Assembly (NCBI GenBank): GCA_965197475.1
Contig: CBDANF010000003.1
Coordinates: 3,360,001 to 3,424,000 of the forward strand
Length of the DNA stretch: 64,000 nucleotides
DNA from: Candidatus Poribacteria bacterium
GTDB taxonomy: Bacteria > Poribacteria > WGA-4E > WGA-3G
Direction: 5' to 3'
Each line of letters starts with the position of its first letter. The first letter of the stretch is position 1. This document shows positions 30,659 through 39,929 of this stretch, piece after piece. A model generated the notes under the pieces. That model saw only the letters and a list, made by a program, of their open reading frames with translations, did no database searches and was not told where the DNA came from. A program made the position numbers and the translations under genes.

Positions 30659-31695
30659 ATGCGTTTACACAAAGTCGTTTTGCTCAGTCTCTTGCTACTA
30701 CTTTTATCAACTGGAGCGTCTGCCAAAATCGTTTTTGGCTCCGTACGCGACGGTGTGGAGGGTATCTACGTTATGGACGATGACGGTAGCAACCAGACGC
30801 TTATCACCGAAGACAAAGAGTTGCAGCCATACCCCACTTCCTGGTCACCAGACGGTAAACAGATTCTATTTAAGAGACGCGCGCGGATAAACGGAAATGG
30901 TGTTCTTTTCTTGATGAATGCGGACGGCACGAATGTTCGGCAACTCACAGAAGACGATGATAGTTATATCAATACGGGTAGATTTTCACCGGATGGTAAA
31001 TCTATCGTTTTTCGAAGGTCAGTTCGGATAAACAACACGTCCAAATATAGCATCGTCGTGCTAAACATAAAGACAGGGAAGATGAAACAAATATCAGATA
31101 GCTGGGGTATCCAATGCGATTGGTCGCCAGATGGCAAGCATATTGTATTTGCACATCCACGCGGGGGCAATGGTAGCACGATTTGGATTATGGGTTCGGA
31201 TGGTCAAAACCCGCGCGAACTTCTCCCGCACCGCGTTGGTGGAGAATTCACGAATTACCGATCGAGACCGCGCTGGTCACCTAACGGTAAACAGATTGTT
31301 TTTCAACAAATAGAGTATAAATACGTGTTCATACCGAATGAGGGGAACTTTCTTTTCTACAAGGCGTTTCAGTATATGATTTGTGATCAGAACGGAGAGA
31401 ACGTTAGAAAACTACGAATACCGAGTAACTGGAAAGGGTATGGTATGGATTGGATGGATGACGGTAAATCAATCGTTTTCAGTGCGTATGTCAGCATACC
31501 TGTGAACAAACTGCTACCGCGCGGGTTTGTGTCTCCACCGAGCAATATCTATAAGTATCATATCCAGACGCACGAGATCACACGGCTAACAGACATCCGG
31601 GCACAGATGGGACACTGGATTGGATCAGCGATGATGCACATGCTGTGACCGCAGTCGGCAAAAAAAAAGTAACGTGGGGAACGTTGAAAAAATAA
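30659..31695 (+). CDS. Secreted TolB-like (PD40) beta-propeller (cassette 2); 1-bp frameshift near the 3' end
   Basis: Signal peptide ASA-KI and WSPDGK repeats. The alternative frame after ~31594 reads HPGTDGTLDWISDDAHAVTAVGKKKVTWGTLKK-stop (31695). Confidence 0.88.
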
Positions 31696-31709
31696 AGCCC
31701 TAACCATTG

Positions 31710-31742
31710 TAACGGCAGGGGACACGTTCCCCTGCCATTTCT
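31710..31742 (+). repeat. 33-bp hairpin direct repeat, copy 2 (possible terminator)
   Basis: Identical to 30610-30642; followed here by TTATTTT. Confidence 0.9.
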
Positions 31743-31756
31743 TTATTTTATAAGGA

Positions 31757-31878
31757 CAGGACGGACGCATTCCCCCTTGATAAGGGGGGTTAGGGGGGTT
31801 AAAAGTCCTTATTTGGGTGTTTTAAACCCCCTAATCCCCCTTATCAGTGGGACTTTAAGAAAAAATGCGTCCGTCCTG
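31757..31878. mobile_element. MITE-like element (122 bp)
   Basis: Perfect 15-bp terminal inverted repeats CAGGACGGACGCATT/AATGCGTCCGTCCTG enclosing CCCCCTT..AAGGGGG-type palindromes; no ORF. Confidence 0.8.
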
Positions 31879-31954
31879 ATAATTATTATGTATCGGGGAC
31901 GGGATAGGTTTTGAAGCAGTCAAAGCCGCGAGTTACTATGCAGCGGGTGAAACA

Positions 31955-32183
31955 GGTCACAGCAGACCACGAAACGGGTGGATTGCGGGTGCAAAAAAGC
32001 AACGGACAAGGAAAAGTACCTGAAATCTCTTGGTCTACAAGCGGACATACCGTCAGCAATGTGCCACTATACGGTTGGGGCAAGAATGCTGAACATGTTG
32101 AAGGAGTCATGAACAATACGGATCTGATCAAAGTAGTGTTTGGCAACGGTGACTTGAGTGATGTCCAACTCACCCTATTTTAG
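31955..32183 (+). pseudogene. Alkaline phosphatase C-terminal remnant
   Basis: VTADHETGGL metal-binding motif and WSTSGHT..NVPLYGWG...MNNTDL; N-terminal portion absent. Confidence 0.8.
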
Positions 32184-32827
32184 ATCCGCCTATGAGTAAG
32201 AGTATGTTGTCTAACATAGCACGCTGAGAAATCCCTCGCGTGTTGAGCTGCATTTGTGGACGACATAATACCAGACATCACTGCAACCCCGGATGCGCCC
32301 GCCTCCAAACATTCACTAACATGTAACGGTGTAATCCCACCAAGCGCGAACACAGGCAACTTGACCTGCTCTACCAACTTTTGGAGATTTACTATTCCAA
32401 CCGACGGTCCATATCCCGGTTTGCTTTTTGTCGGATAGATTGGACTATAGGTTACAAAATCTGCGCCTTCAGCCTCCCTTTTTTTAGCACTATCAACACC
32501 GTGTATTGAGCAGCCAACCAGAAAATCGTCGCCTGATTGTGCTTTCACTTCCTCAACAGATTTATCAATGTCGGGCAAATGAACGCCTATAGCACCTACA
32601 TCAACCGCAACTTGCACATTGGTATTGATAAATAGACTTGCGTTGTTTGTTCTACACAACTTTGAAATGGGTTGCGCTAACTCGTACAAAGCAATATCAT
32701 CTAAATCCTTTTCACGTAACTGGATTGCTTTGACACCGGCATCTAAAATTTCAGAGATAACTGTGAGTAAAGGCTTGGGTGCACACTGAACTCTGTTGGT
32801 GATAACGTAAAGTTTAAAATCGATCAT
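32180..32827 (-). CDS. thiE: Thiamine-phosphate synthase (ThiE/TenI family)
   Basis: IQLREK, GVHL, PIYPTKSK, PVFALGGI. Confidence 0.85.
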   Translation of the reverse strand: MIDFKLYVITNRVQCAPKPLLTVISEILDAGVKAIQLREKDLDDIALYELAQPISKLCRTNNASLFINTNVQVAVDVGAIGVHLPDIDKSVEEVKAQSGDDFLVGCSIHGVDSAKKREAEGADFVTYSPIYPTKSKPGYGPSVGIVNLQKLVEQVKLPVFALGGITPLHVSECLEAGASGVAVMSGIMSSTNAAQHARDFSACYVRQHTLTHRRI

Positions 32828-32830
32828 TTG

Positions 32831-34204
32831 TTAAGATGAAACTCGACGAAGCCTTGCAGCGAAAGTGCCATCAACACTGTGTTCGTGGGGAAACGTTTGG
32901 AGAAATCCTTCTGGTGTTATTGCACTCTGTGGCACATCAGGTAAAAATTCACCCGCATGTTCTACAGTAAACATAGGAAATTTCTTCAAAAATCGGTTGA
33001 TGACTTCCTCGTTTTCCTGCGGTTCGATTGTACAAGTGCTGTAAACTAAAATGCTACCATTTTTAATATGTGGGGCAGCATTTTCCAAGAAGTAATACTG
33101 AAGGTCGTTGAGGGCACAAAGTTGATTAAATGTTTTGTTCCAACGGATATCTGGATGCCGTCGGAGTGTACCGAATCCTGAACACGGAACATCAATTAGC
33201 ACGGCATCTGCAGCGTTGATGAAACTAAGATCCGCTTTTGCGGCATCTATTGTTCGAGGTTCCACGTTTTGAACACCGATACGTTTGCAATTTTCTCGTA
33301 AAATAGCAAGTTTCTTTTCTGAAATATCAGCGGCGATAATCTTTCCAGAATTTTCCATCATACACGCTATGTGCGTCGTCTTACCCCCTGGTGATGCACA
33401 CAAATCCACCACTAATTGGGAGGATTCCGACATGAGAAGATGTGGGACTAACATCGCACTTTCGTCTTGCACATAGAGATCATTACGATTAAGCAGATCT
33501 TTTAACGTTTTCTCACCAGTAGAATGGGAAATTTCATCGTAGGTGGTGATTGATCGGTTTTCAACCACAATTCCATCTGGCGTGATTTTTGAAATTGCAG
33601 TAGATAGCCCACTTGATTTTAGAGATTCGCAAAGTTCGTCGCGATCTGTTAGAAGGGAATTCACTCGGAAAGTAAGCGGAGCCACCTGATTACTCGCTTC
33701 ACAGAACGCCAAAGTCCAAGCGAGTCCGCGCGCTTGAACCCACCTTTTGATTAACCACTTCGGATATGATAAGGACAAAGATATATGTTCTACTGGGTGA
33801 GTGTCAAGTGAAGGATAGGACAATTCTGAACTCTTGCGTTGAACGGCACGCAAAACAGCATTGATAAAACCCGTGGTTTTCCGATTATCTTTTGTAAGTT
33901 GGACGGTTTCAAAAATAGCAGCGTGGGCGGGGATGCCATCAAGGTGTAATAATTGAAATGCACCGAGTCGGAGGATCGCGCGATGCTTCACATCCAATTG
34001 AAACCGGGGATTGACAAAATGTTCCAGCACCCAATCCAACTGGTTTTGCCACCGAACAACGCCATACACAAGAGCGTTTGCCAATCGGCGTTCGCGACCG
34101 TTTAGCGTGTACTGCCTGAATGCGTTATCAACGACAGACGAAATTGACTCATCAGTCTTAGAAAGGTCTAACAGACATACCAATGCGACTTCGCGTGCGT
34201 TCAT
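32831..34204 (-). CDS. rsmB: 16S rRNA (cytosine967-C5)-methyltransferase
   Basis: NusB-like N-terminus, YVQDESA, DLCASPGGKT, DVPCSGFG, LVYSTCT. Confidence 0.95.
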   Translation of the reverse strand: MNAREVALVCLLDLSKTDESISSVVDNAFRQYTLNGRERRLANALVYGVVRWQNQLDWVLEHFVNPRFQLDVKHRAILRLGAFQLLHLDGIPAHAAIFETVQLTKDNRKTTGFINAVLRAVQRKSSELSYPSLDTHPVEHISLSLSYPKWLIKRWVQARGLAWTLAFCEASNQVAPLTFRVNSLLTDRDELCESLKSSGLSTAISKITPDGIVVENRSITTYDEISHSTGEKTLKDLLNRNDLYVQDESAMLVPHLLMSESSQLVVDLCASPGGKTTHIACMMENSGKIIAADISEKKLAILRENCKRIGVQNVEPRTIDAAKADLSFINAADAVLIDVPCSGFGTLRRHPDIRWNKTFNQLCALNDLQYYFLENAAPHIKNGSILVYSTCTIEPQENEEVINRFLKKFPMFTVEHAGEFLPDVPQSAITPEGFLQTFPHEHSVDGTFAARLRRVSS

Positions 34205-34317
34205 GTTTTATTCTTCCTAGACGCTAACGATGCTACAGGCATGATTTCAAACCGCACCTACCAGAGAGATGTACTCTTGATTGATTCAAGTATATAGGGC
34301 AATTAGTACTGATGTAA

Positions 34318-34590
34318 TTAGGCAGATTGTGCAGTGAGCGTGTTTAACTGACGCGTGATTCGGGATTTTTGGCGATTCGCCATGCCTTTTTTGATGACAC
34401 CTTTACTGGCGGCTCTGTCAAGCAAACTCGCGGTAACTTTGCACAATTCTTGTGCCTTTTCCACGTCACCTTCCTGCAGTGCTAATTCAGCATTTTTGAG
34501 CGAAGTTCTGAAAGTGGTTTTACGGTGTCTGTTCCGCGTTCGTTTTTTGGCATCCGCGCGTGCATGTTTCTTTGCAGATTGTCTATTCAA
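34318..34590 (-). CDS. rpsT: 30S ribosomal protein S20
   Basis: SAKK..R..KKR..RN, LDRAASKGVIKK..A.R.KSR; TTG start with AAGGAG RBS. Confidence 0.93.
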   Translation of the reverse strand: MNRQSAKKHARADAKKRTRNRHRKTTFRTSLKNAELALQEGDVEKAQELCKVTASLLDRAASKGVIKKGMANRQKSRITRQLNTLTAQSA

Positions 34591-34636
34591 AACGTAAAAC
34601 TCCTTTTAAATTTATCTTGGCTTTATACCTTCCTTA

Positions 34637-34665
34637 ATGATACCACAAAAATCTGTGTTTGTCTA
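34637..34665 (-). promoter_or_regulatory. sigma70-type promoter of rpsT
   Basis: TAGACA-17 bp-TATCAT with TG extension, on the minus strand. Confidence 0.6.
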
Positions 34666-34797
34666 TTTTTTCTTTGAGTTTACTGCGTTTGTAGTCGCGC
34701 AATTCATTACGCCTCTTGTTTATAATACCAAATTAAATTGATTATTCATATACCGCGTAAATCCTGGTTCAGACAATTAAGATTATTTGACCCACTG

Positions 34798-36408
34798 TCA
34801 CCGCATAACAGCCACCTTTTTCACGAGGGTATATGTTTCACCTTTTACATCGACTGAAATATAACAGATATAAATCCCTGCCGATACGGCTAACCCATAG
34901 GCGGTTTGCTGATTCCACCATGTCCGCCAAACCCGTTTGTTGAGTCTGTCCTCTACCCCCTCGACTCTTTTAATTAAGCTACCGTGAACATCGTAGATGT
35001 GAACCTTCATACCAGTAATTTCCAGATTTCCCTCAACGCGGAATTCTGTTGGATTGTTGGAACGTACAGGATTAGGGGATATGATTACATCTTTCCATAC
35101 GAATGCTTCTTCTAAAACGACAGATCGCTTCACTGAAGTAGCACCCAGTGGATACCGTGCTATGCCAAGCAGGGTATTTACCCCAGGAGCCAGCGGAATC
35201 GTTGCTGTGTAGGTTTGATTTTCTCTATCTAACTTTGCCTCCACACCGCTTGGATGAAAAATAATATCAATTGGAAAATCGGAACGGAATGTGCCATTGA
35301 TTTGCAGTGGATTCTGTTTGACGATATCGGGTAGTTCAAACGTAATCTGTGGCATTTGCCGTTCAGGTTGGAACATATCAGTGAGGAGACTATCCACTGT
35401 GACAAGCAAAAGTTGTGTAATCTTTGTCACCAAACGGAAGTTGATCTTATCAACAGTATCGCGGAATGTATGATAGAAAGGATTGACATCGTAGTTTTGC
35501 GAATCACGCCACGGTGTTGAACTTTCAATTAATGTGACTGCCGGATAGCCTGAATCCCAGAAAGGTTTGTGTGAAGAGATGTCAATAAATTCATCCTGCG
35601 TTCGCCGAATTTTCAAGCCGATGTCATACCATGAGTTAGAAATTATGAGCGCACGACTTAACCATGCTGAATCTCTGTTGGAAATTACTTCAACAAGGTC
35701 ACTTTTCCAGTTGAACCCAATCATGTCTAAATTAAAAACGGCGGCAATTTTTTCGGAATCCGGTGTGCGCGTTGTCGTTGAAAAATTGTTGTGGGGATTT
35801 CCATTTCCAACTGCTTCTCGGACATAGTTGCGACTCCCCAAAAAACCGAGTTCCTCGCCACCCAAAGCAATAAATTTTATTTCATGATTATATTCATACT
35901 GACTTAGGATATTGGCGATTTCCAACATTGCCGCAACACCTGTGCCGTTTTTGTTTGCTCCGGGCGCACTTGATGCCAAAGGATTCCAATTCGGTTCACG
36001 TCCGGCTTGCGTGTCGTAATGTGCACAGATAATAAAGACACGTTTGCTTGATGAAGTCGGCTTCGGTGGTAGAACTGCTACAACATTCCGAATACCGCCA
36101 ACGATCTGCTCACTCACTTGTAGCTGTCCGGAGCTGCGAAACTTAAATTTGATGTAATCTACAACGTTATCTGTCGCTTTCCGATGATGTGCACTGCGTG
36201 TGCGGTAAGCTAGTTCATTCGGATGATACGAGATATTTTCCTGCAGTGCCGTAACATGGGAAACTAACGCATCGGACTTCACCTCAGTAATGAGTTCATC
36301 TCCACGCTCAGCATTTACCGAAATTGAGGGAAAAAGTGTGAATAGAAAAATTGCGTAGGTTTGCGCTATTAAGAACTTATAGGGTAGACACTTAAATTGG
36401 CTTGACAT
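34798..36408 (-). CDS. Secreted M28-family peptidase with C-terminal FlgD-Ig/T9SS-A-like domain
   Basis: ICAHYD, APGANKNGTG, GEELG, NLDMIG, YHT; tail SPNP...IYDVHGSLIK...SAGIYI. Confidence 0.88.
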   Translation of the reverse strand: MSSQFKCLPYKFLIAQTYAIFLFTLFPSISVNAERGDELITEVKSDALVSHVTALQENISYHPNELAYRTRSAHHRKATDNVVDYIKFKFRSSGQLQVSEQIVGGIRNVVAVLPPKPTSSSKRVFIICAHYDTQAGREPNWNPLASSAPGANKNGTGVAAMLEIANILSQYEYNHEIKFIALGGEELGFLGSRNYVREAVGNGNPHNNFSTTTRTPDSEKIAAVFNLDMIGFNWKSDLVEVISNRDSAWLSRALIISNSWYDIGLKIRRTQDEFIDISSHKPFWDSGYPAVTLIESSTPWRDSQNYDVNPFYHTFRDTVDKINFRLVTKITQLLLVTVDSLLTDMFQPERQMPQITFELPDIVKQNPLQINGTFRSDFPIDIIFHPSGVEAKLDRENQTYTATIPLAPGVNTLLGIARYPLGATSVKRSVVLEEAFVWKDVIISPNPVRSNNPTEFRVEGNLEITGMKVHIYDVHGSLIKRVEGVEDRLNKRVWRTWWNQQTAYGLAVSAGIYICYISVDVKGETYTLVKKVAVMR

Positions 36409-36430
36409 AAGAATAAATTTTTGATATTAT
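36402..36430 (+). promoter_or_regulatory. sigma70-type promoter
   Basis: TTGACA-17 bp-TATTAT upstream of the GTPase gene. Confidence 0.55.
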
Positions 36431-36616
36431 GTAAAATCAGATGTAATAATTCTATTGAAGCAATTTACGGTAGTTCTATAAATTGGTTCGCATGACAACG
36501 CCTCATCTTCAACGCATTGCACAGAATAGTGTTAACTGCTCTGCACTTCTGGCAATAACATCTTTGATTTTACCAGTTTTCTTGAGAGATTGCAAACAAA
36601 GATTCGGAGTGCCATT

Positions 36617-37576
36617 ATGCCAGCAAACCTGCCTCCAACATACTATAAACTCAAACATCAGCATGAAGCAGCCAAAACGGATGCGGAGCGGCTCAGTCTG
36701 TTAGAGGAGATGCTGCGTATTGTTCCGAAACACAAGGGAACGGAGAAAGTCGTATCGGATCTCCGAAAACGTATTGCTGTACTGAAAAAAGATTCGTCTG
36801 GAAAAGGGGGTAAGAGTTCAGGAAAAAGGGGAAATAGTGAACATATTCCGAAGCAGGGAGCTGGGCAAATTGTTATGTTCGGTCCACCAAATAGCGGAAA
36901 ATCGCTGATGCTCGCCAATTTCACAAAAGCAAAATCTGAGGTGTCGCCGACACCATATACGACAACGATACCAGTCGTTGGGATGCTGTCTTATGAAAAT
37001 ATCCAATTCCAACTGATTGATACGCCCTCTATTATGCAGGATTTTATTTCCTCAACGGTGTTGACATTGGTTAGGAATGCCGACTTGTGCTTGGCGGTCG
37101 TGAGTCTTGCGAGTGATAATCTGTTAGACGAATTAGACATAGTACTAACAGTACTGAATGATCAAAAAGGCGATGCTGAGGATGATGCGACAGAATACCT
37201 CGTCGTTGCTAATCAATTGGACACACTGGGTGCATCAGATAGGTTAGAAATTCTTACCGAGTTTTATGGAGAAGATTTTCATATTTATCCGATTTCTGCT
37301 GAAACAGGCGAAGGTAAAGATGCTTTATTGCAAGCACTCTACGACACGTTGAACATCGTCCGTGTTTATCCGAAAGCTCCGGGCAAACCGATAGACCGCG
37401 ATGACCCTATTGTTCTTCAGCACGGTGCAACTGTACTTGATGCTGCCCTCGGCTTACACAAAGATTTTGCTGAATTCAAGTTCGCACGGATATGGGGACC
37501 CGAATGGCACGATGGTCAACCCGTCAGTCGTAACGATGTAGTTTATGATGGAGATGTCGTAGAATTTCATTTATAA
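36617..37576 (+). CDS. DRG/OBG-family GTPase with TGS domain
   Basis: MPANLPP, PKHKGTEK, G1 GPPNSGKS, PYTT, QLIDTP, ISAETG; TGS FARIWG..DGDVVEFH. Confidence 0.92.
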   Translation: MPANLPPTYYKLKHQHEAAKTDAERLSLLEEMLRIVPKHKGTEKVVSDLRKRIAVLKKDSSGKGGKSSGKRGNSEHIPKQGAGQIVMFGPPNSGKSLMLANFTKAKSEVSPTPYTTTIPVVGMLSYENIQFQLIDTPSIMQDFISSTVLTLVRNADLCLAVVSLASDNLLDELDIVLTVLNDQKGDAEDDATEYLVVANQLDTLGASDRLEILTEFYGEDFHIYPISAETGEGKDALLQALYDTLNIVRVYPKAPGKPIDRDDPIVLQHGATVLDAALGLHKDFAEFKFARIWGPEWHDGQPVSRNDVVYDGDVVEFHL

Positions 37577-37637
37577 GCGTTTCCTATTTGAAACATGCTA
37601 AGCAATTTATGAGAGATTTTAAATACGGAGGAAAGTT

Positions 37638-37886
37638 ATGCTAACCAAAATCCAAAAATCAGAAAATAGCGATGGCATCTATTTTACGAAGAATATGTTG
37701 GAAGCAGCACAAATGAACGTAGGGGACGAGGTCCAGGTTACGGTACAGAACGGTAGGATTATTATTGAATCTGCTGCTCAAGCACTTAGACGAACCGATT
37801 TTCAGACATTACTTGCCGAAATGCCAGAGGACTATCAACCAGAAGAAACAGATTGGGGCAAGCCGGTTGGTAAAGAGGTATGGTAG
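37638..37886 (+). CDS. mazE: AbrB/MazE-family antitoxin
   Basis: Swapped-hairpin pattern VGDEVQVTVQNGRIII; C-terminal DWGKPVGKEVW. Confidence 0.9.
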   Translation: MLTKIQKSENSDGIYFTKNMLEAAQMNVGDEVQVTVQNGRIIIESAAQALRRTDFQTLLAEMPEDYQPEETDWGKPVGKEVW

Positions 37887-38231
37887 ATGCCAAGATATAT
37901 TCCAGAGAAGGGAGATTTCGTTTGTCTATCTTTTGATCCGCAATCAGGATATGAACAAAAAGGTAGATGCCCGGCATTGGTCGTCAGCAACACTTTATTT
38001 AATATTCACACCCAGCTAGCTATGGTGTGTCCTATAACCAACACATTCAGAAATGTTCCGTTCCACGTAAAAATTCCATTGAAGTCTTCACTTACAGGAT
38101 ACATTATGGTAGAGCAGATTAAATCTGTTGATTATGCAAGCCGTGATGTTGAGTTCCTTGAAAAGGCATCCACTTGGCTCATTGACGAAGTCCTAAGTGT
38201 GTTAGATGCGTGTCTATATCTGAATTCATAA
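37887..38231 (+). CDS. mazF: PemK/MazF-family endoribonuclease toxin
   Basis: FDPQSGYEQKGRCPALVVS, VCPIT, EQIKSVD; abuts the antitoxin. Confidence 0.92.
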   Translation: MPRYIPEKGDFVCLSFDPQSGYEQKGRCPALVVSNTLFNIHTQLAMVCPITNTFRNVPFHVKIPLKSSLTGYIMVEQIKSVDYASRDVEFLEKASTWLIDEVLSVLDACLYLNS

Positions 38232-38284
38232 TCTTGTAGATGGATTAAGACAACATACCTAAAAAGTATACAAACTCAGTTGAA

Positions 38285-39859
38285 ATGAAATACAAAAAAG
38301 ATCAACATCCATATCTAATATATTCGCTGCTCATCCACATTGTTTTGCTGTTTTGTGTGTGGTGGCTTTATCCGAAAGATGAATTGCGCACGCCTTTCAG
38401 AGGGGGGTTTATCGTTAACATTTTTCAGATGCCTCGTCCTGCTGTAGTAAAGCCACCAGTACAGGTTGAAGAATCACCCGCTCCTATTGTAGAAAAGGTT
38501 GAAAAACTGCCCGCACCCCCGAAACCCCAAGTTAATTTGAACACCGATTTGCTAACAATTGAAAGTGATCAACCGTATCTCTCCACTGATCAAATGCGTA
38601 GGCAGGAAAACCTGAATGTTCATCGAAAGCCAGGAGGCACTGTTACAAACGGTACTCCTGTTGTTCCGAACCCTAAAATATCACAAAAACTCAATGTTCC
38701 CACTAAAACTGATAAGTTTAGTCGTGATTTGATTGCTTTGTCAGCCGCTTCTGAAACAACACAGGAGGTCCCTCAGGCAGATACGAGTCGTATAGCATTA
38801 GATACAAATGATGCTTTAGGTGGTGTATCGCCGACGGTTGGTACGCCGAAGATTTACTACGGAAGTCGACGCGGTGATGTGCTCCGGGCACCAGGAATGG
38901 GCAATGCATGGGGTGGCGGTAGTTATTCTGGTGAAGGCAACGTTAGCGCAATTTATATCAAAATGATGAAGGCTATCGCGCAAGAACTCACAGCAGCAAC
39001 GACCACAAAAAAGGTTGATATCGTTTTTGTCCTTGATGAAACCGCGAGTATGATTGACAATATACGCGGTATCCGAGCATATTTTGATTTCATTTTTGAT
39101 GCCTTCAAACGGGATGGTCGTGATGCCAATTATGGGTTGGTAACATTTACGGATAAGGCTAAAACTTATGGACAGACAGATGACCTCGGCACTCTCAAAA
39201 ACTGGCTTTTTAAGATAGACGTAGACCGAGGCGGAGACATCTCGGAGGCAGGATTAGATGCACTGATGACAGCCGTCCAAAAGATTAAATTCCGCCGAAA
39301 CGCGCAACGTTTCTTCATCCTCGCAAGTGATGCTGCATTCCATGACGCTGATTTTGATGGTAGGTCTTCTTATAGTCTGGATCAGGTGATTGAAACCTTG
39401 CAAAGGGAACAAATTCGCGTTGAAGTAATTGGTCTGGATTACCTGCCGATCAAACAAATTGCTATGGGGACAGGCGGCACTTGGCGCGCAATTCCTGGGA
39501 AAGGTTTTCTCGAATATGTTCCGCCATTAACTTTAACGGTCAAGATGTTATCTAAATTAGGCATTCTCAGTGTTGATGATAGCAATGTTGGTGATAAAAT
39601 CACTGTGTATGTTAACAATCCACCGCGTCCTAAACAGATAAAGCTGACGTGGAAGGTGCTCAACCCTTTGGGGGAGAGATGCTACGGCCCCTTCACGCAG
39701 AAAAAAGATATTCCAGATGATACTTCAACAGCGATAGAATTGACACCTGAACTTGATAGGGCTGCATTTCAGACTATTCCCGGCATCTATACCGTCATCT
39801 ATCGCCTCGAAAATGATAAGGGAGACAAAAGTATTCTCCGAAGAACACTAACATATTAA
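38285..39859 (+). CDS. Membrane-anchored VWA-domain protein
   Basis: N-terminal TM with SLLIH, Pro-rich linker, MIDAS-like DIVFVLDETASM, GGDISE, ILASDA. Confidence 0.88.
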   Translation: MKYKKDQHPYLIYSLLIHIVLLFCVWWLYPKDELRTPFRGGFIVNIFQMPRPAVVKPPVQVEESPAPIVEKVEKLPAPPKPQVNLNTDLLTIESDQPYLSTDQMRRQENLNVHRKPGGTVTNGTPVVPNPKISQKLNVPTKTDKFSRDLIALSAASETTQEVPQADTSRIALDTNDALGGVSPTVGTPKIYYGSRRGDVLRAPGMGNAWGGGSYSGEGNVSAIYIKMMKAIAQELTAATTTKKVDIVFVLDETASMIDNIRGIRAYFDFIFDAFKRDGRDANYGLVTFTDKAKTYGQTDDLGTLKNWLFKIDVDRGGDISEAGLDALMTAVQKIKFRRNAQRFFILASDAAFHDADFDGRSSYSLDQVIETLQREQIRVEVIGLDYLPIKQIAMGTGGTWRAIPGKGFLEYVPPLTLTVKMLSKLGILSVDDSNVGDKITVYVNNPPRPKQIKLTWKVLNPLGERCYGPFTQKKDIPDDTSTAIELTPELDRAAFQTIPGIYTVIYRLENDKGDKSILRRTLTY

Positions 39860-39888
39860 TAGTAGTAGGCACTCCGCGTGCCGTAACC
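39857..39888 (+). repeat. GTAG-type REP palindrome
   Basis: TAGTAGGCAC-TCCGC-GTGCCGTAAC; related copies at 52108 and 57585. Confidence 0.75.
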
Positions 39889-39929
39889 AGAGTAGTATAG
39901 GCGGGCTCCGCAAGGTTTCCATAACCAAA

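Noticed and set aside
18555-31695. Diversity-generating retroelement as the source of cassette variability
   Set aside because: No reverse transcriptase and no template/variable repeat pair differing at adenines was seen.
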